Of a DNA stretch of 64,000 bases, positions 1 to 7,994 are shown piece after piece. The notes under the pieces were generated by a model. The model did not search any database, was not told where the DNA came from, and saw nothing but the letters and a program-made list of their open reading frames with translations. The stretch is from positions 5,731 through 69,730 of IMG/VR virus record IMGVR_UViG_3300037245_003267; one strand, given 5' to 3'. Numbering within the stretch: position 1 is the first letter of the stretch; each line of letters begins with the position of its first letter. This DNA comes from a virus. The translations under genes and the position numbers were made by a program.

Positions 1-20
1 GCGTTTCCCCTGGCACCACC

Positions 21-57
21 ACCTTCGGCGGTCTGGCGTCAGAACTGAAGAGTATTC
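21..57 (-). promoter_or_regulatory. Early promoter copy (GAATA-NN-CTTCAG-N15-GCCGAAGGT), firing off the left window edge
   Basis: Matches the motif repeated nine times with exact 15-nt spacing. Confidence 0.75.
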
Positions 58-114
58 CAGGGTTTATCTCTGCGGGCCTCCGGCCGGCCCCGGGCGGGGG
101 CCGGCGGGGCCGGC

Positions 115-903
115 CTACTCCTGGGCCTTCTCGGCCTCGGCCATCTGGCAGTCGGGGCAGAGGCCCGTCTCGGTGTTCGCGGCCCCGGTCAGGGTCCGGT
201 CTTCGCAGGCGGGGCAGGCGTGGGTCTCGAAATCCTCGCCGGCGGCCTCGCGGAGGGCGGTCAGGAGGAGGGCGGCCGATGCGGCGCGGCGGCCGAAGGC
301 GGGGCGGTCGGTGGCGATGGGGTGCGAGACGGCCAGGTAGCTGAAGGCGGCCCGGGCCTGCCCGAGCGTGTTGATCAGGTCGTCGGCGAGGGCCTCGATC
401 GGGGGGGCGGGCGCGCGTTGATCAGAGCGGGCGGCGGCCTCGGCGTCCGCGGCCTTCTCGGCTTCGAGCCGGGCCTCGTAGGCGCCGCGGCGGGCGAGGC
501 GGGCGCAGACCGTGGCACCCTCGGCGGCCTGGCGGGCCGAGCCGGCGGCGTCGGGGTCGGCGTGGGCTATCGAGCCGGCGTCGTCCGCGGCCTCGTAGGC
601 GCGCTGCCAGGCGTCCCTCGCGCGGTCCGCGGCGCGGCGGCAGGCGGTCGCGGCGTAGCGGGCGGCGCTGACCGGGCCGTTGTAGGCGGCGTGGTTCGCG
701 GCCACCCCGTAGGTGCGTGCTTCGGAGAGGGCGGTCTGGGCGTCCTTCCACCCCTTGGTCGCGCGGTCGAGGGCGGCCCCGATGGCGATTTCGGCGTCGG
801 AATCGGGGTCGTGGTCGGCGGCGTAATCCATGAGGGCCTCGGCGGCCTCGGGGTCGTGTTCGGGGTCGGGCAGGCTGTCGTAGGTTTCGGGTTCGAAGGT
901 CAT
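115..903 (-). CDS. Ala-rich early hypothetical protein with C-terminal Zn ribbon
   Basis: ACGGAGA RBS, own promoter, CPAC...CPDC motif. Confidence 0.8.
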   Translation of the reverse strand: MTFEPETYDSLPDPEHDPEAAEALMDYAADHDPDSDAEIAIGAALDRATKGWKDAQTALSEARTYGVAANHAAYNGPVSAARYAATACRRAADRARDAWQRAYEAADDAGSIAHADPDAAGSARQAAEGATVCARLARRGAYEARLEAEKAADAEAAARSDQRAPAPPIEALADDLINTLGQARAAFSYLAVSHPIATDRPAFGRRAASAALLLTALREAAGEDFETHACPACEDRTLTGAANTETGLCPDCQMAEAEKAQE

Positions 904-944
904 CGCTGTTCTCCGTTTGGGGTTGTTGCTTCGGGCCTACCGTC

Positions 945-982
945 AGCTTCGGCAGGAAGGCCCCCGGGCTTGAGGGCCTTCC
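945..982 (-). promoter_or_regulatory. Early promoter CTCAAG-N15-GCCGAAGCT
   Basis: ttcggc 948-953, cttgag 969-974. Confidence 0.8.
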
Positions 983-989
983 GGAATTT

Positions 990-1301
990 CTACTCGCGGG
1001 CCGCGGCCTCGGCCTCCAGGCGGCTGGCCAAACCGCGGAGGCGGTAGGCGCTGTCGAGCCGGTTCCGAACCGCGTCAATCCGGTCGGCGGCGGCGTGGGC
1101 GTCTTTCTGGGCGAGGGCGAGGTCGGACCAGAGGCCGGCTCGGCGCTGCGCGTCTTCGGGGTCGGCGATGGCCTTCTCGATGGCGTCGGCCAGCATCGGC
1201 CATTTCGTTCCTGGGTGTCCCTGGGATACCAGGGCGAGGGCGGCCTCGAAGTCGGCGGAGGCGGCGGCCTGAAAGGTCAGGGAGTCGGTCTGGTCGGTCA
1301 T
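990..1301 (-). CDS. Early hypothetical protein (helical)
   Basis: ACGGAGAAAAGCC-ATG at 1301. Confidence 0.8.
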   Translation of the reverse strand: MTDQTDSLTFQAAASADFEAALALVSQGHPGTKWPMLADAIEKAIADPEDAQRRAGLWSDLALAQKDAHAAADRIDAVRNRLDSAYRLRGLASRLEAEAAARE

Positions 1302-1347
1302 GGCTTTTCTCCGTTTCGGGGTTTCGGGTGCTTTCCTTGGCACCCCT

Positions 1348-1377
1348 ACCTTCGGCACGATAGCTCTGCGGCTTGAG
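1348..1377 (-). promoter_or_regulatory. Early promoter CTCAAG-N15-GCCGAAGGT
   Basis: ttcggc 1351-1356, cttgag 1372-1377. Confidence 0.8.
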
Positions 1378-1405
1378 GGAAAGCCAGAGAATTTCCCTCT
1401 TCGCT

Positions 1406-1681
1406 TCAGGCGGCCCGCGTCACCTTCGGGCGGGGGCCGGCCGGCGGGGCCTGGCGCAGGCGTATCTCCTCGTGGAGGGCGTCGACGGCCCGCTCGATGG
1501 CCGGCTCGGCCTCGCCCAGGCGGTGGGCGGCGGCCCAGGCGCGGAGGTCTTCGAGGGCCTCCACGACGGCCTCGGCCTGGCAGGCGGCGTCGTTGCCCGG
1601 GCGGGCCTGGGTGGCGAGCAGGTAGCTGGCGGCGGAATCGAGGCGGAGGCGGGCGCGGTCGTAGTAGGGCAGGCGTGGCAT
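1406..1681 (-). CDS. Early hypothetical protein
   Basis: AAGGAG RBS, GC3-rich codons. Confidence 0.75.
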   Translation of the reverse strand: MPRLPYYDRARLRLDSAASYLLATQARPGNDAACQAEAVVEALEDLRAWAAAHRLGEAEPAIERAVDALHEEIRLRQAPPAGPRPKVTRAA

Positions 1682-1702
1682 CGGTCGGTCTCCTTGGTGG
1701 GT

Positions 1703-1740
1703 GCGCGTTGATCAGAGCGGGCGCGCGTTGATCAGAGCCG
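1703..1740. repeat. Tandem 20-bp repeat GCGCGTTGATCAGAGCGGGC (third copy at 413-432)
   Basis: Direct reading of the sequence. Confidence 0.9.
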
Positions 1741-2268
1741 GCGGCCCTTGCGGCCCCGGACCGTGACGGTCAGGGAGTCGTCGTGGCAGTTCGGCGGGGC
1801 CTTATCGTAGTGGCGGGCTTCGGTCCGCACCCGGTCGGCCTCGGCCTGGGCTTCGTCGGCCTCCTCCTTCGCGTCGTCGGCGTCCTGCTGGGCGTCGCCC
1901 CAGGCCTGGCAGCGTTTGATGTACGGGCCAAGGGAATCCCCCCGCTTCGCCTTCTCGGCGAACAGGTAGGCGGCCTCGGCCTTCTCCTGGAGGTCGTCGG
2001 CCTCCATCTCCATGTCCGTCGCGTGCTCTTCGGCCTCCGCGGCCCGGACTTCCAGAAGCTCCCAATCGAGGAGGTCTTTGCATTCGGAGCAGAGGCGGCC
2101 CCGGGCGCGGGCGATGGCTCGGCTCCGCTTGTTGTAGACGGTCACCGTGGCGTTGAAGCCGGTCGGCGTGCCGTTCTCGAGTTCGGTCCCGTGCAGGCGG
2201 CAGAGAGGGCAGGCGATTTTCGGCTTGCGTCTCTTCGGGCGTTCGATGCTGGGCGTCTCGCTGGTCAT
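1732..2268 (-). CDS. Early protein with Zn finger and coiled coil
   Basis: CPLC...CSEC; ACGGAGAAAGCC-ATG. Confidence 0.8.
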   Translation of the reverse strand: MTSETPSIERPKRRKPKIACPLCRLHGTELENGTPTGFNATVTVYNKRSRAIARARGRLCSECKDLLDWELLEVRAAEAEEHATDMEMEADDLQEKAEAAYLFAEKAKRGDSLGPYIKRCQAWGDAQQDADDAKEEADEAQAEADRVRTEARHYDKAPPNCHDDSLTVTVRGRKGRRL

Positions 2269-2305
2269 GGCTTTCTCCGTGGGTGGTCCGTTCCGGTCTA
2301 CAGGT

Positions 2306-2342
2306 AGTTTCGGCAGGGGGTCGGGGGGCCTTGAGTTTATTC
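2306..2342 (-). promoter_or_regulatory. Early promoter GAATAAA-CTCAAG-N15-GCCGAAACT
   Basis: ttcggc 2309-2314, cttgag 2330-2335. Confidence 0.8.
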
Positions 2343-2492
2343 GGGCAATTTCCTCCTGGGCTTCTGGGCGCGGACCCGGGCCATCGCTTTCCGGTAGCAG
2401 TCCACCGCATCCTGGAGGGCGCGGTAGGCGTCGAGGGCCTCGGCGTCGGCGGCCCGTCTCAAGGGGTGCGGTGGGGCGGTGGTGGTGGGCAT
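2337..2492 (-). CDS. 51-aa early protein MPTTTAPPHPLRRAADAEALDAY...KLPE (not in ORF track)
   Basis: Conserved RBS block and promoter directly upstream. Confidence 0.75.
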   Translation of the reverse strand: MPTTTAPPHPLRRAADAEALDAYRALQDAVDCYRKAMARVRAQKPRRKLPE

Positions 2493-2528
2493 GGCTTTCT
2501 CCGTGTCGGGGTCGTCCGGTCTACCTTC

Positions 2529-2565
2529 ACCTTCGGCCGGCGCGGGGCCGGCCTTGAGGCTATTC
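2529..2565 (-). promoter_or_regulatory. Early promoter GAATAGC-CTCAAG-N15-GCCGAAGGT
   Basis: cttcggc 2531-2537, cttgag 2553-2558. Confidence 0.8.
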
Positions 2566-2988
2566 CGGGAGTTCTTTCTGCACCCGTTGTGCGAAGAGGC
2601 GGGCGGCGTCGTGGGCGACCTGCTCGGCCAGGTAGGCCTCGCGCGTGGCCTCGTCGCGGTGGGTTACCGCCTTCTCCGCGAGGGCGATGGCGTCCCGGTT
2701 CTCGTTGGTGATGGGCGGCCTGCCGTCCGAGTTTCCGCAGGCCGGTCCGATGCCCGCGAGGGCCTTGGCCTGGTCGGCCGTTCGGTGGGCCAGAATCCGG
2801 TAGGCCTCGGCCTCGGCGGCGTAGCGCACGACCATCCTGGTGTGCGAGGCGAGCGTGGCGAGGGTACCGTCGCGGCGGCATTTCTCGTAGCCTTCCTCCG
2901 CTATCGTGCGGACGTTGAGGGCGTCTTCGGCCGCGGCCTGGGCGAGGGTGGCGAGGTGGTTGAGGAGGGCTTCGGTGCTGGGCTTCAT
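2560..2988 (-). CDS. Ala-rich early hypothetical protein
   Basis: Conserved RBS block, own promoter. Confidence 0.8.
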   Translation of the reverse strand: MKPSTEALLNHLATLAQAAAEDALNVRTIAEEGYEKCRRDGTLATLASHTRMVVRYAAEAEAYRILAHRTADQAKALAGIGPACGNSDGRPPITNENRDAIALAEKAVTHRDEATREAYLAEQVAHDAARLFAQRVQKELPE

Positions 2989-3021
2989 GGCTTTCTCCGT
3001 TGGGGTTTCCTTGGCACCCCT

Positions 3022-3058
3022 ACCTTCGGCAGGGGCGCCCGGGGCCTTGAGTCTATTC
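3022..3058 (-). promoter_or_regulatory. Early promoter GAATAGA-CTCAAG-N15-GCCGAAGGT
   Basis: ccttcggc 3023-3030, cttgag 3046-3051. Confidence 0.8.
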
Positions 3059-3679
3059 CGTCAATTCCTGCACCCGCCGGTAGCAGGCCATCTCCCAGGA
3101 GTAGGCGAGGTCGGTTTTCTGCCTCGCTCCCAGGAAGGCGGCGTGGGCCTCGGCCTTGGTCGTGAAGTCGGCGGCGTCGCAGGTCGCGGCCGCGGCCTCC
3201 GCTACGGTCGGCGCCGCGGCGTCGCAGGCGTTCGCGGCCCCAAGGACGGCGTCGAGGGCGGCCTGGTCGGCGGGCGGTAGCGCGGGCGGGGGGTCGTCGT
3301 AGCCTGCGCGGTCGAGGTCGTCGTGGGCGGCCTCCTCGGCCTGCTGCAACTCGCCCACCAGGTCGGAGATTACCGCGCGGAAGGCGGAGGGCGAGAAGTC
3401 TCCGGAGAGGGCGCGGACACCGAAGTCCCAGGCCCGGGCGGCGATGGGAAAGAGCCCGGGAATCGGGTGCTTGCCGACCCGGTAGGAGGGGGTCGCCCGC
3501 ATCTGGTCGACCAGGCAGGCGCGGGCGGCGTCCAGCAGCCGGAAGAGGCCTCGGTTCACCGTGAGGTCCCCATCCTGCGGCTCTCCGTCGTGGACGTTCG
3601 CGGCCTCGGAGAGCCCTTCGAGCATCTTCGTGCAGTCGGCGAGGGCGTCTCTTGCGTAGGTTTTCGTGTCGTCATCCAT
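3053..3679 (-). CDS. Early hypothetical protein (MDDDTKTY...)
   Basis: ACGGAGACGAGCC-ATG at 3679. Confidence 0.8.
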   Translation of the reverse strand: MDDDTKTYARDALADCTKMLEGLSEAANVHDGEPQDGDLTVNRGLFRLLDAARACLVDQMRATPSYRVGKHPIPGLFPIAARAWDFGVRALSGDFSPSAFRAVISDLVGELQQAEEAAHDDLDRAGYDDPPPALPPADQAALDAVLGAANACDAAAPTVAEAAAATCDAADFTTKAEAHAAFLGARQKTDLAYSWEMACYRRVQELTE

Positions 3680-3736
3680 GGCTCGTCTCCGTTCGGGGTT
3701 TTCGGCGTCGCCCGGGTCGCCCCCGGGCCTACTACC

Positions 3737-3860
3737 ACCTTCGGCTCGCTCCGTCATAACATGAAGTCAATTCAGAGATTGCAGCGAAAGTAGTCGTCGC
3801 TCTTCGGGACTTGGAATTCGGAGAATTGTCTTCAGGTCGTGGGCCGGTCGTCCGAAAGTA
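3737..3860. promoter_or_regulatory. Divergent pair of early promoters (minus: CTTCAT-N15-GCCGAAGGT, 3737-3773; plus: CTTCAG-N15-TCCGAAAGT, 3823-3859)
   Basis: Same motif on both strands in an AT-richer gap between divergent genes. Confidence 0.75.
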
Positions 3861-3917
3861 GGGGTGCGAACGAGAGCCGGCTCGGGGCCGGCGAGACCCC
3901 TGCTACGGAGAACAGCG

Positions 3918-4109
3918 ATGACCGACGAGAAGAAGCACGCCAGGAGCCTGGCCGACTTCGACCCCGCCGACTACGACGAGGGCGAGGCGCCTACCGACGA
4001 CGACCTGGCTTGGTATTGCCCGAGCTGCAAAAGCCAGGGTGTCCTACCGGACCCGGGCAACTGCGGAGTCTGCGGAAAACCGCTGGCCTGCTACGACATC
4101 CGCGAGTGA
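3918..4109 (+). CDS. Small acidic Zn-ribbon protein
   Basis: CPSC...CGVC; ACGGAGAACAGCG-ATG. Confidence 0.75.
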   Translation: MTDEKKHARSLADFDPADYDEGEAPTDDDLAWYCPSCKSQGVLPDPGNCGVCGKPLACYDIRE

Positions 4110-4154
4110 CAAGACCGGCGCCCCCCGGGGCGCCTGACCCCAACGGAGAAAGCC

Positions 4155-4517
4155 ATGACCACCAGGACGATCCTGGATTCCGCCACGGAATCCGCCACCA
4201 CCCTCGCCAGCCTCCTCGGCCGGCGCGACCAGGTCGAGCACACCAGAGCGATCGCGCTCGAGAAGCTCGCCACCCTCGAATCTCACTGCGAGACGCTCAC
4301 GCTTGATCAGGCGGGCGACGACAGCGACCTGATCTGGCAGGCGGCCTGGCAACTCGGGCGGTCCGCGAAGCACGCGCAGGCGGTCTTCAGCCGGGCCGGC
4401 GCCATCGGCCTCTACGGGCCGGGGCAGGAGCGAGAGGTGCAGAGGGCGCTGCGCGACCTGCGGGCGCGGGGCGAGAGCCTGCTGCGGATCCAACGGCACC
4501 TGATGGCGGCGCTGTAG
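4155..4517 (+). CDS. Hypothetical protein
   Basis: ACGGAGAAAGCC-ATG. Confidence 0.8.
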   Translation: MTTRTILDSATESATTLASLLGRRDQVEHTRAIALEKLATLESHCETLTLDQAGDDSDLIWQAAWQLGRSAKHAQAVFSRAGAIGLYGPGQEREVQRALRDLRARGESLLRIQRHLMAAL

Positions 4518-4571
4518 CGCCCCCTTGATCGGATTGAACTGAACCAGTTTCTTTTTTCGCAAGGAGTTCCG

Positions 4572-5021
4572 ATGAATCTTCAATCTCTTTTCCTCCTGCT
4601 GTTCGTCGCTGCGGCGATGCCATCGTGTGCAACGATCGTGAGCGGCTCAAGCGACCAGGTTGGGTTCCATTCGCCAGCCGACACGGAGGTCTACGCCGAT
4701 GCTCAACTCATCGGCACCGGGGTTTGCTCCGGCCTCGTAGGACGGTCCTGGGGCGCCGGCGATATCTATTTTCGATCCGACACCTGGCTGTGTAAGCACC
4801 AAGTGCCCCGCGTCTTCAACGGCTGGTATGTGGGGAACCTGGTCTTCGGCGGCTTGATCGGACTGGTGCTTGTCGACCTGCCCACCGGGAATCTCCGCAA
4901 GACCCCGGACGGCACGATAGTCGCCTGCACGATGAATGAGAGTTGCACCGGAGAGTTTGGCGGGACGATTCTCGAAGGACCCGTCACGATGAGCCCGAAG
5001 ACGACGGACCCGTCACAATGA
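4572..5021 (+). CDS. Lipoprotein with C-terminal GNLxFGGLIGLxxD motif
   Basis: Signal peptide ending MPSC-ATI, AAGGAG RBS, lower GC. Confidence 0.75.
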   Translation: MNLQSLFLLLFVAAAMPSCATIVSGSSDQVGFHSPADTEVYADAQLIGTGVCSGLVGRSWGAGDIYFRSDTWLCKHQVPRVFNGWYVGNLVFGGLIGLVLVDLPTGNLRKTPDGTIVACTMNESCTGEFGGTILEGPVTMSPKTTDPSQ

Positions 5022-5034
5022 GCCCGAAGACGCC
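4977..5034. repeat. Tandem 29-bp duplication at a gene junction
   Basis: GGACCCGTCAC(G/A)ATGAGCCCGAAGACG(A/C)C twice. Confidence 0.9.
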
Positions 5035-5338
5035 GGCCGAAGACGGGCCGCGCTGCCCGACCTGCGGAGACTGGATCTCCGAGACGACGGCGGGGGATCC
5101 GGTTGACCAGGACTACCGCGGGATCCACTGGATGGCCGCGGCCGAGCCCGGGACGATCGCCACCTGGACGACGAGCGTTCTCGGGATCGGGGTCGCGGTG
5201 ACGCAGCGGGCCTGCTGCCAGTACGAAGTGTGGGTCGCCGGCGAGTTCGTCACGGTCGTCGATGACTGGGAGCACGCCTTCGACGAGGCGATCCTGACCG
5301 CCGGCGAGAGGGCCGGCTGGAACGAGGGCAAGCGATGA
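5018..5338 (+). CDS. Hypothetical protein with CPTC motif
   Basis: ATGA overlap with the upstream gene. Confidence 0.65.
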   Translation: MSPKTPAEDGPRCPTCGDWISETTAGDPVDQDYRGIHWMAAAEPGTIATWTTSVLGIGVAVTQRACCQYEVWVAGEFVTVVDDWEHAFDEAILTAGERAGWNEGKR

Positions 5339-5928
5339 CGGACCCGAAGACGAAACCCATCCCTGATCAGACGGGGGGGGAAGAGGTGGTCGCGGAGGTC
5401 GCGATCACGGACGGAGACGAGCAGCCGGTAGCGACCGACTGCCCTGTGGGAGAACCGAAAGGAGGCCCCAAGGTGGCCACGAAGAAGAAGGCAGCGACGA
5501 AGAAGGTGGCGAAGAAGACCCCGGTGAAGAAGAAGCCGGCCGGCAAGGTGCGCTCCCTGACGGGGGCGGCCGCGAAGAAGGCCTCGCCGGACCCCGAGCG
5601 CTCGGCAGCCGCGAAGAAGGCAGCGGCCACGCGGGCGGAGAAGAAGGCTGGCAACCCGGCCGAGGCGAAGGCGGTCAAGGCCCGCGCGACCCGGGAGCGG
5701 CGCGAGCTACCGAAGGTCGGCACCAAGCTCTACGCACGCTACAAGGGCAAGGATTACGAGGCCGTGATCGGACAGGGAGACGATGGGAAGGCGGTCGCGC
5801 ACGCCGGCAAGACCTACCCGACCCTGAGCGCCGCCGGCAAGGCGGTCACCGGCAAGCCGACCTGCAACGGGTGGGTCTTCTGGAGCACGACGAAGCCGGG
5901 CGCGCGGAAGCCGCGGGGGAAGAAGTGA
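5335..5928 (+). CDS. Histone-H1-like Lys/Ala-rich protein with C-terminal RAMA/DUF2924-like domain (alternative start GTG 5473)
   Basis: KKAATKK repeats; GTxLxAxYKG...YxTLSAAGKAVTG..CNGWxFW. Confidence 0.75.
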   Translation: MTDPKTKPIPDQTGGEEVVAEVAITDGDEQPVATDCPVGEPKGGPKVATKKKAATKKVAKKTPVKKKPAGKVRSLTGAAAKKASPDPERSAAAKKAAATRAEKKAGNPAEAKAVKARATRERRELPKVGTKLYARYKGKDYEAVIGQGDDGKAVAHAGKTYPTLSAAGKAVTGKPTCNGWVFWSTTKPGARKPRGKK

Positions 5929-6089
5929 GCCGCCACCGAAGATTGAAGCAGCGGGAGCCCGGAAGCCCGAGCCTCTTCGCCGAGGGATACGCTTTCGGCA
6001 TCGGGTTCTGGATCGCCTCCTTGGTGGTGAACGTCGTCGCCGGCGCGGTCGGCGTCGGGATCGCCCTCGCCCTCGGGGTGAAGCTATGA
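5925..6089 (+). CDS. Small membrane protein
   Basis: Hydrophobic C-terminus, GTGA/ATGA coupling. Confidence 0.55.
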   Translation: MSRHRRLKQREPGSPSLFAEGYAFGIGFWIASLVVNVVAGAVGVGIALALGVKL

Positions 6090-6394
6090 GCCGGCCGATC
6101 CCCTTCACGCAATACCTCCGCCCTTCGGGGCGGGCGGCCCACTACTCGATCACGCGAGCGCACGAGATCGGAACGAAGGCCCACGCGCTCCTTGATCAGG
6201 GCGTCGTATTCGAGTCCGAGCTTTTGCAGACGGGCGAGGTCAGTTTGACCGCCGAGATCGATGAAAACGTTCTCGCAATCGTGGTGGTCCCGAACGGCCC
6301 GGAAGTGGGCAAGGCCGTTGATCAGCTGATCGAAGAAGCACACAAATGGATGGCCCGGCACACCGGCCGGGCGTCCCCAGATGGAGAGACCTGA
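6086..6394 (+). CDS. Hypothetical protein
   Basis: Coupled ORF, phage-like codon use. Confidence 0.75.
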   Translation: MSRPIPFTQYLRPSGRAAHYSITRAHEIGTKAHALLDQGVVFESELLQTGEVSLTAEIDENVLAIVVVPNGPEVGKAVDQLIEEAHKWMARHTGRASPDGET

Positions 6395-7032
6395 TGCGAC
6401 GAGCAGTTCACCGACCGGGCTTCCTGCTTTTCCTCGACGTCGAGACGAGCGGGCTGGACCCGGAACGCCACGAGATCATCCAGGTTGCTGCGGTGGTCGT
6501 TGATCGGGCCTTCAAGGAGCACGCGTGGCTCGAATACAAGCTCCCGTTTGACGAGGTGGCCGCCGAGCAGGAGGCGCTCGACATGAACCACTACGACCCC
6601 GAGGTCTGGGCGAAGAAGGCCGTCGACCCACTGAAGTTCATGGGCCACCTGGAAGGGATCTGCCGGACGTTTGCCTCGGTCCGGATGGTTGCGAAGCGAA
6701 CCGGGAAGCCGTTCTTCGTGGCGCAGATGGCTGGACACAACGCGGAGCGCTTCGACTTCGAGTTCCTGAAGGCGATGTACAAACGCCTTGATCGGTTCCT
6801 TCCGATCGCCTTCCGGGTGCTCGACACGGCGCAGCTGGCCACGCTCTACCTGCACGAGACGGGGGCGGTGGAGGACACGAAGCTCCAAACGCTCGCCAAG
6901 CACTTCGGGATCAACCCGGGGGACGAGCACGACGCGCTCTCGGACCTTTGCACCAACGTCGAGGTCTACCGCCGGCTGCGGGAAGAACTCAGGAAGCCGG
7001 CTGTGACGGCCTCGCCGGAGGACATTTTCTGA
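6394..7032 (+). CDS. DEDDh 3'-5' exonuclease (DnaQ-like)
   Basis: DVETSG, GHNAERFD, HDALSD motifs. Confidence 0.92.
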   Translation: MRRAVHRPGFLLFLDVETSGLDPERHEIIQVAAVVVDRAFKEHAWLEYKLPFDEVAAEQEALDMNHYDPEVWAKKAVDPLKFMGHLEGICRTFASVRMVAKRTGKPFFVAQMAGHNAERFDFEFLKAMYKRLDRFLPIAFRVLDTAQLATLYLHETGAVEDTKLQTLAKHFGINPGDEHDALSDLCTNVEVYRRLREELRKPAVTASPEDIF

Positions 7033-7406
7033 TGGAGCCACAAGAGCGCTATCTGCTTGATCTGATGGTAGGGATCGGGTCCTTCCGCACCGACGTGGAC
7101 AGGGAGCGAAACCGGGTCTCGGTCTCGGTCGATGGCGGGCCCGACGTCCACCAGGCCCTTGACCAGTTCGCCACGGATGCCCACGCGCTGAAGATGGCGC
7201 TCAGGATGGCGGCGAGGCTGTCCGCCGCGCTCCTCCTGGCGGTCGCCTTGATCGCACCGGGCTGCAGCGTGTTCAAGGGCCGGCCCACCACCCCCGAGGC
7301 CTCCCGGGCCCGGACCGCGAAGTGGGTGAACGTGGGCCGCTACGGATCCTCTGGACCACGCTTTGGGGGCCCCCGCTACCCTGCTGGAAAGCCGAGGGGG
7401 CGCTGA
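7032..7406 (+). CDS. Hypothetical protein with hydrophobic segment
   Basis: TGATG coupling; LLLAVALIAPGC. Confidence 0.55.
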   Translation: MEPQERYLLDLMVGIGSFRTDVDRERNRVSVSVDGGPDVHQALDQFATDAHALKMALRMAARLSAALLLAVALIAPGCSVFKGRPTTPEASRARTAKWVNVGRYGSSGPRFGGPRYPAGKPRGR

Positions 7407-7497
7407 TCGCGGGGGTCGGGGAGCGCCTTGGGGGTGCCGGGCGGCGGAAGCAGGGCCTGGCGGCGCGCTCCGGCCCGCGGTGGACGCGGGGGGCCTG

Positions 7498-7935
7498 TTA
7501 CTTCGAGGACGGCTTTAAGGGCCGTTTCCGGGCGACTGTGGGGGTGTCGCCCTCCGGCTCCTTCCGGTCGGCGTATTCCACGATCGACCAGCCCCCGCCG
7601 TCCTTCTTGCGCTTGGGCATGGCCAGGAACCACCGCATCCAAGGGATCCCGCTCGCCATCCCCTTGATCTTGACGATCTGACGCTCGTTGCCCTGCATCG
7701 TCCGGTAGTCGATCGCCTTCACGTCGTAGGCGCTGATCGTGTTGTCCCGGTTGATCACGATGAAGTCCGGGGTATACCAGTTCTGCATGCCGGAGACGCG
7801 GAACTTCGCGGGCTCGAACCGCCACCACTTGATGTCGCCGACGATCATCAGGCCGTCCAGCTTCTTGGCGAAGGCCTGCTCCTGCCTGTTCATGTGGTTC
7901 GCGTTCTCGATCGGGCCGGCCTTGGCGAGTTCCAT
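7498..7935 (-). CDS. PD-(D/E)XK endonuclease (DUF1064-like, possible resolvase)
   Basis: YTPDFIV...YDVKA. Confidence 0.75.
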   Translation of the reverse strand: MELAKAGPIENANHMNRQEQAFAKKLDGLMIVGDIKWWRFEPAKFRVSGMQNWYTPDFIVINRDNTISAYDVKAIDYRTMQGNERQIVKIKGMASGIPWMRWFLAMPKRKKDGGGWSIVEYADRKEPEGDTPTVARKRPLKPSSK

Positions 7936-7994
7936 GGCTCTCTCCGGTTGCAGGCGGGGCCCGGCCGCCATGACCGGGCCCCTTGATCAGATTG

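Noticed and set aside
21-3860. CRISPR array or integron attC sites as the explanation for the early repeats
   Set aside because: Repeats are degenerate, bipartite with fixed 15-nt spacing and separated by whole genes; no cas operon or integrase
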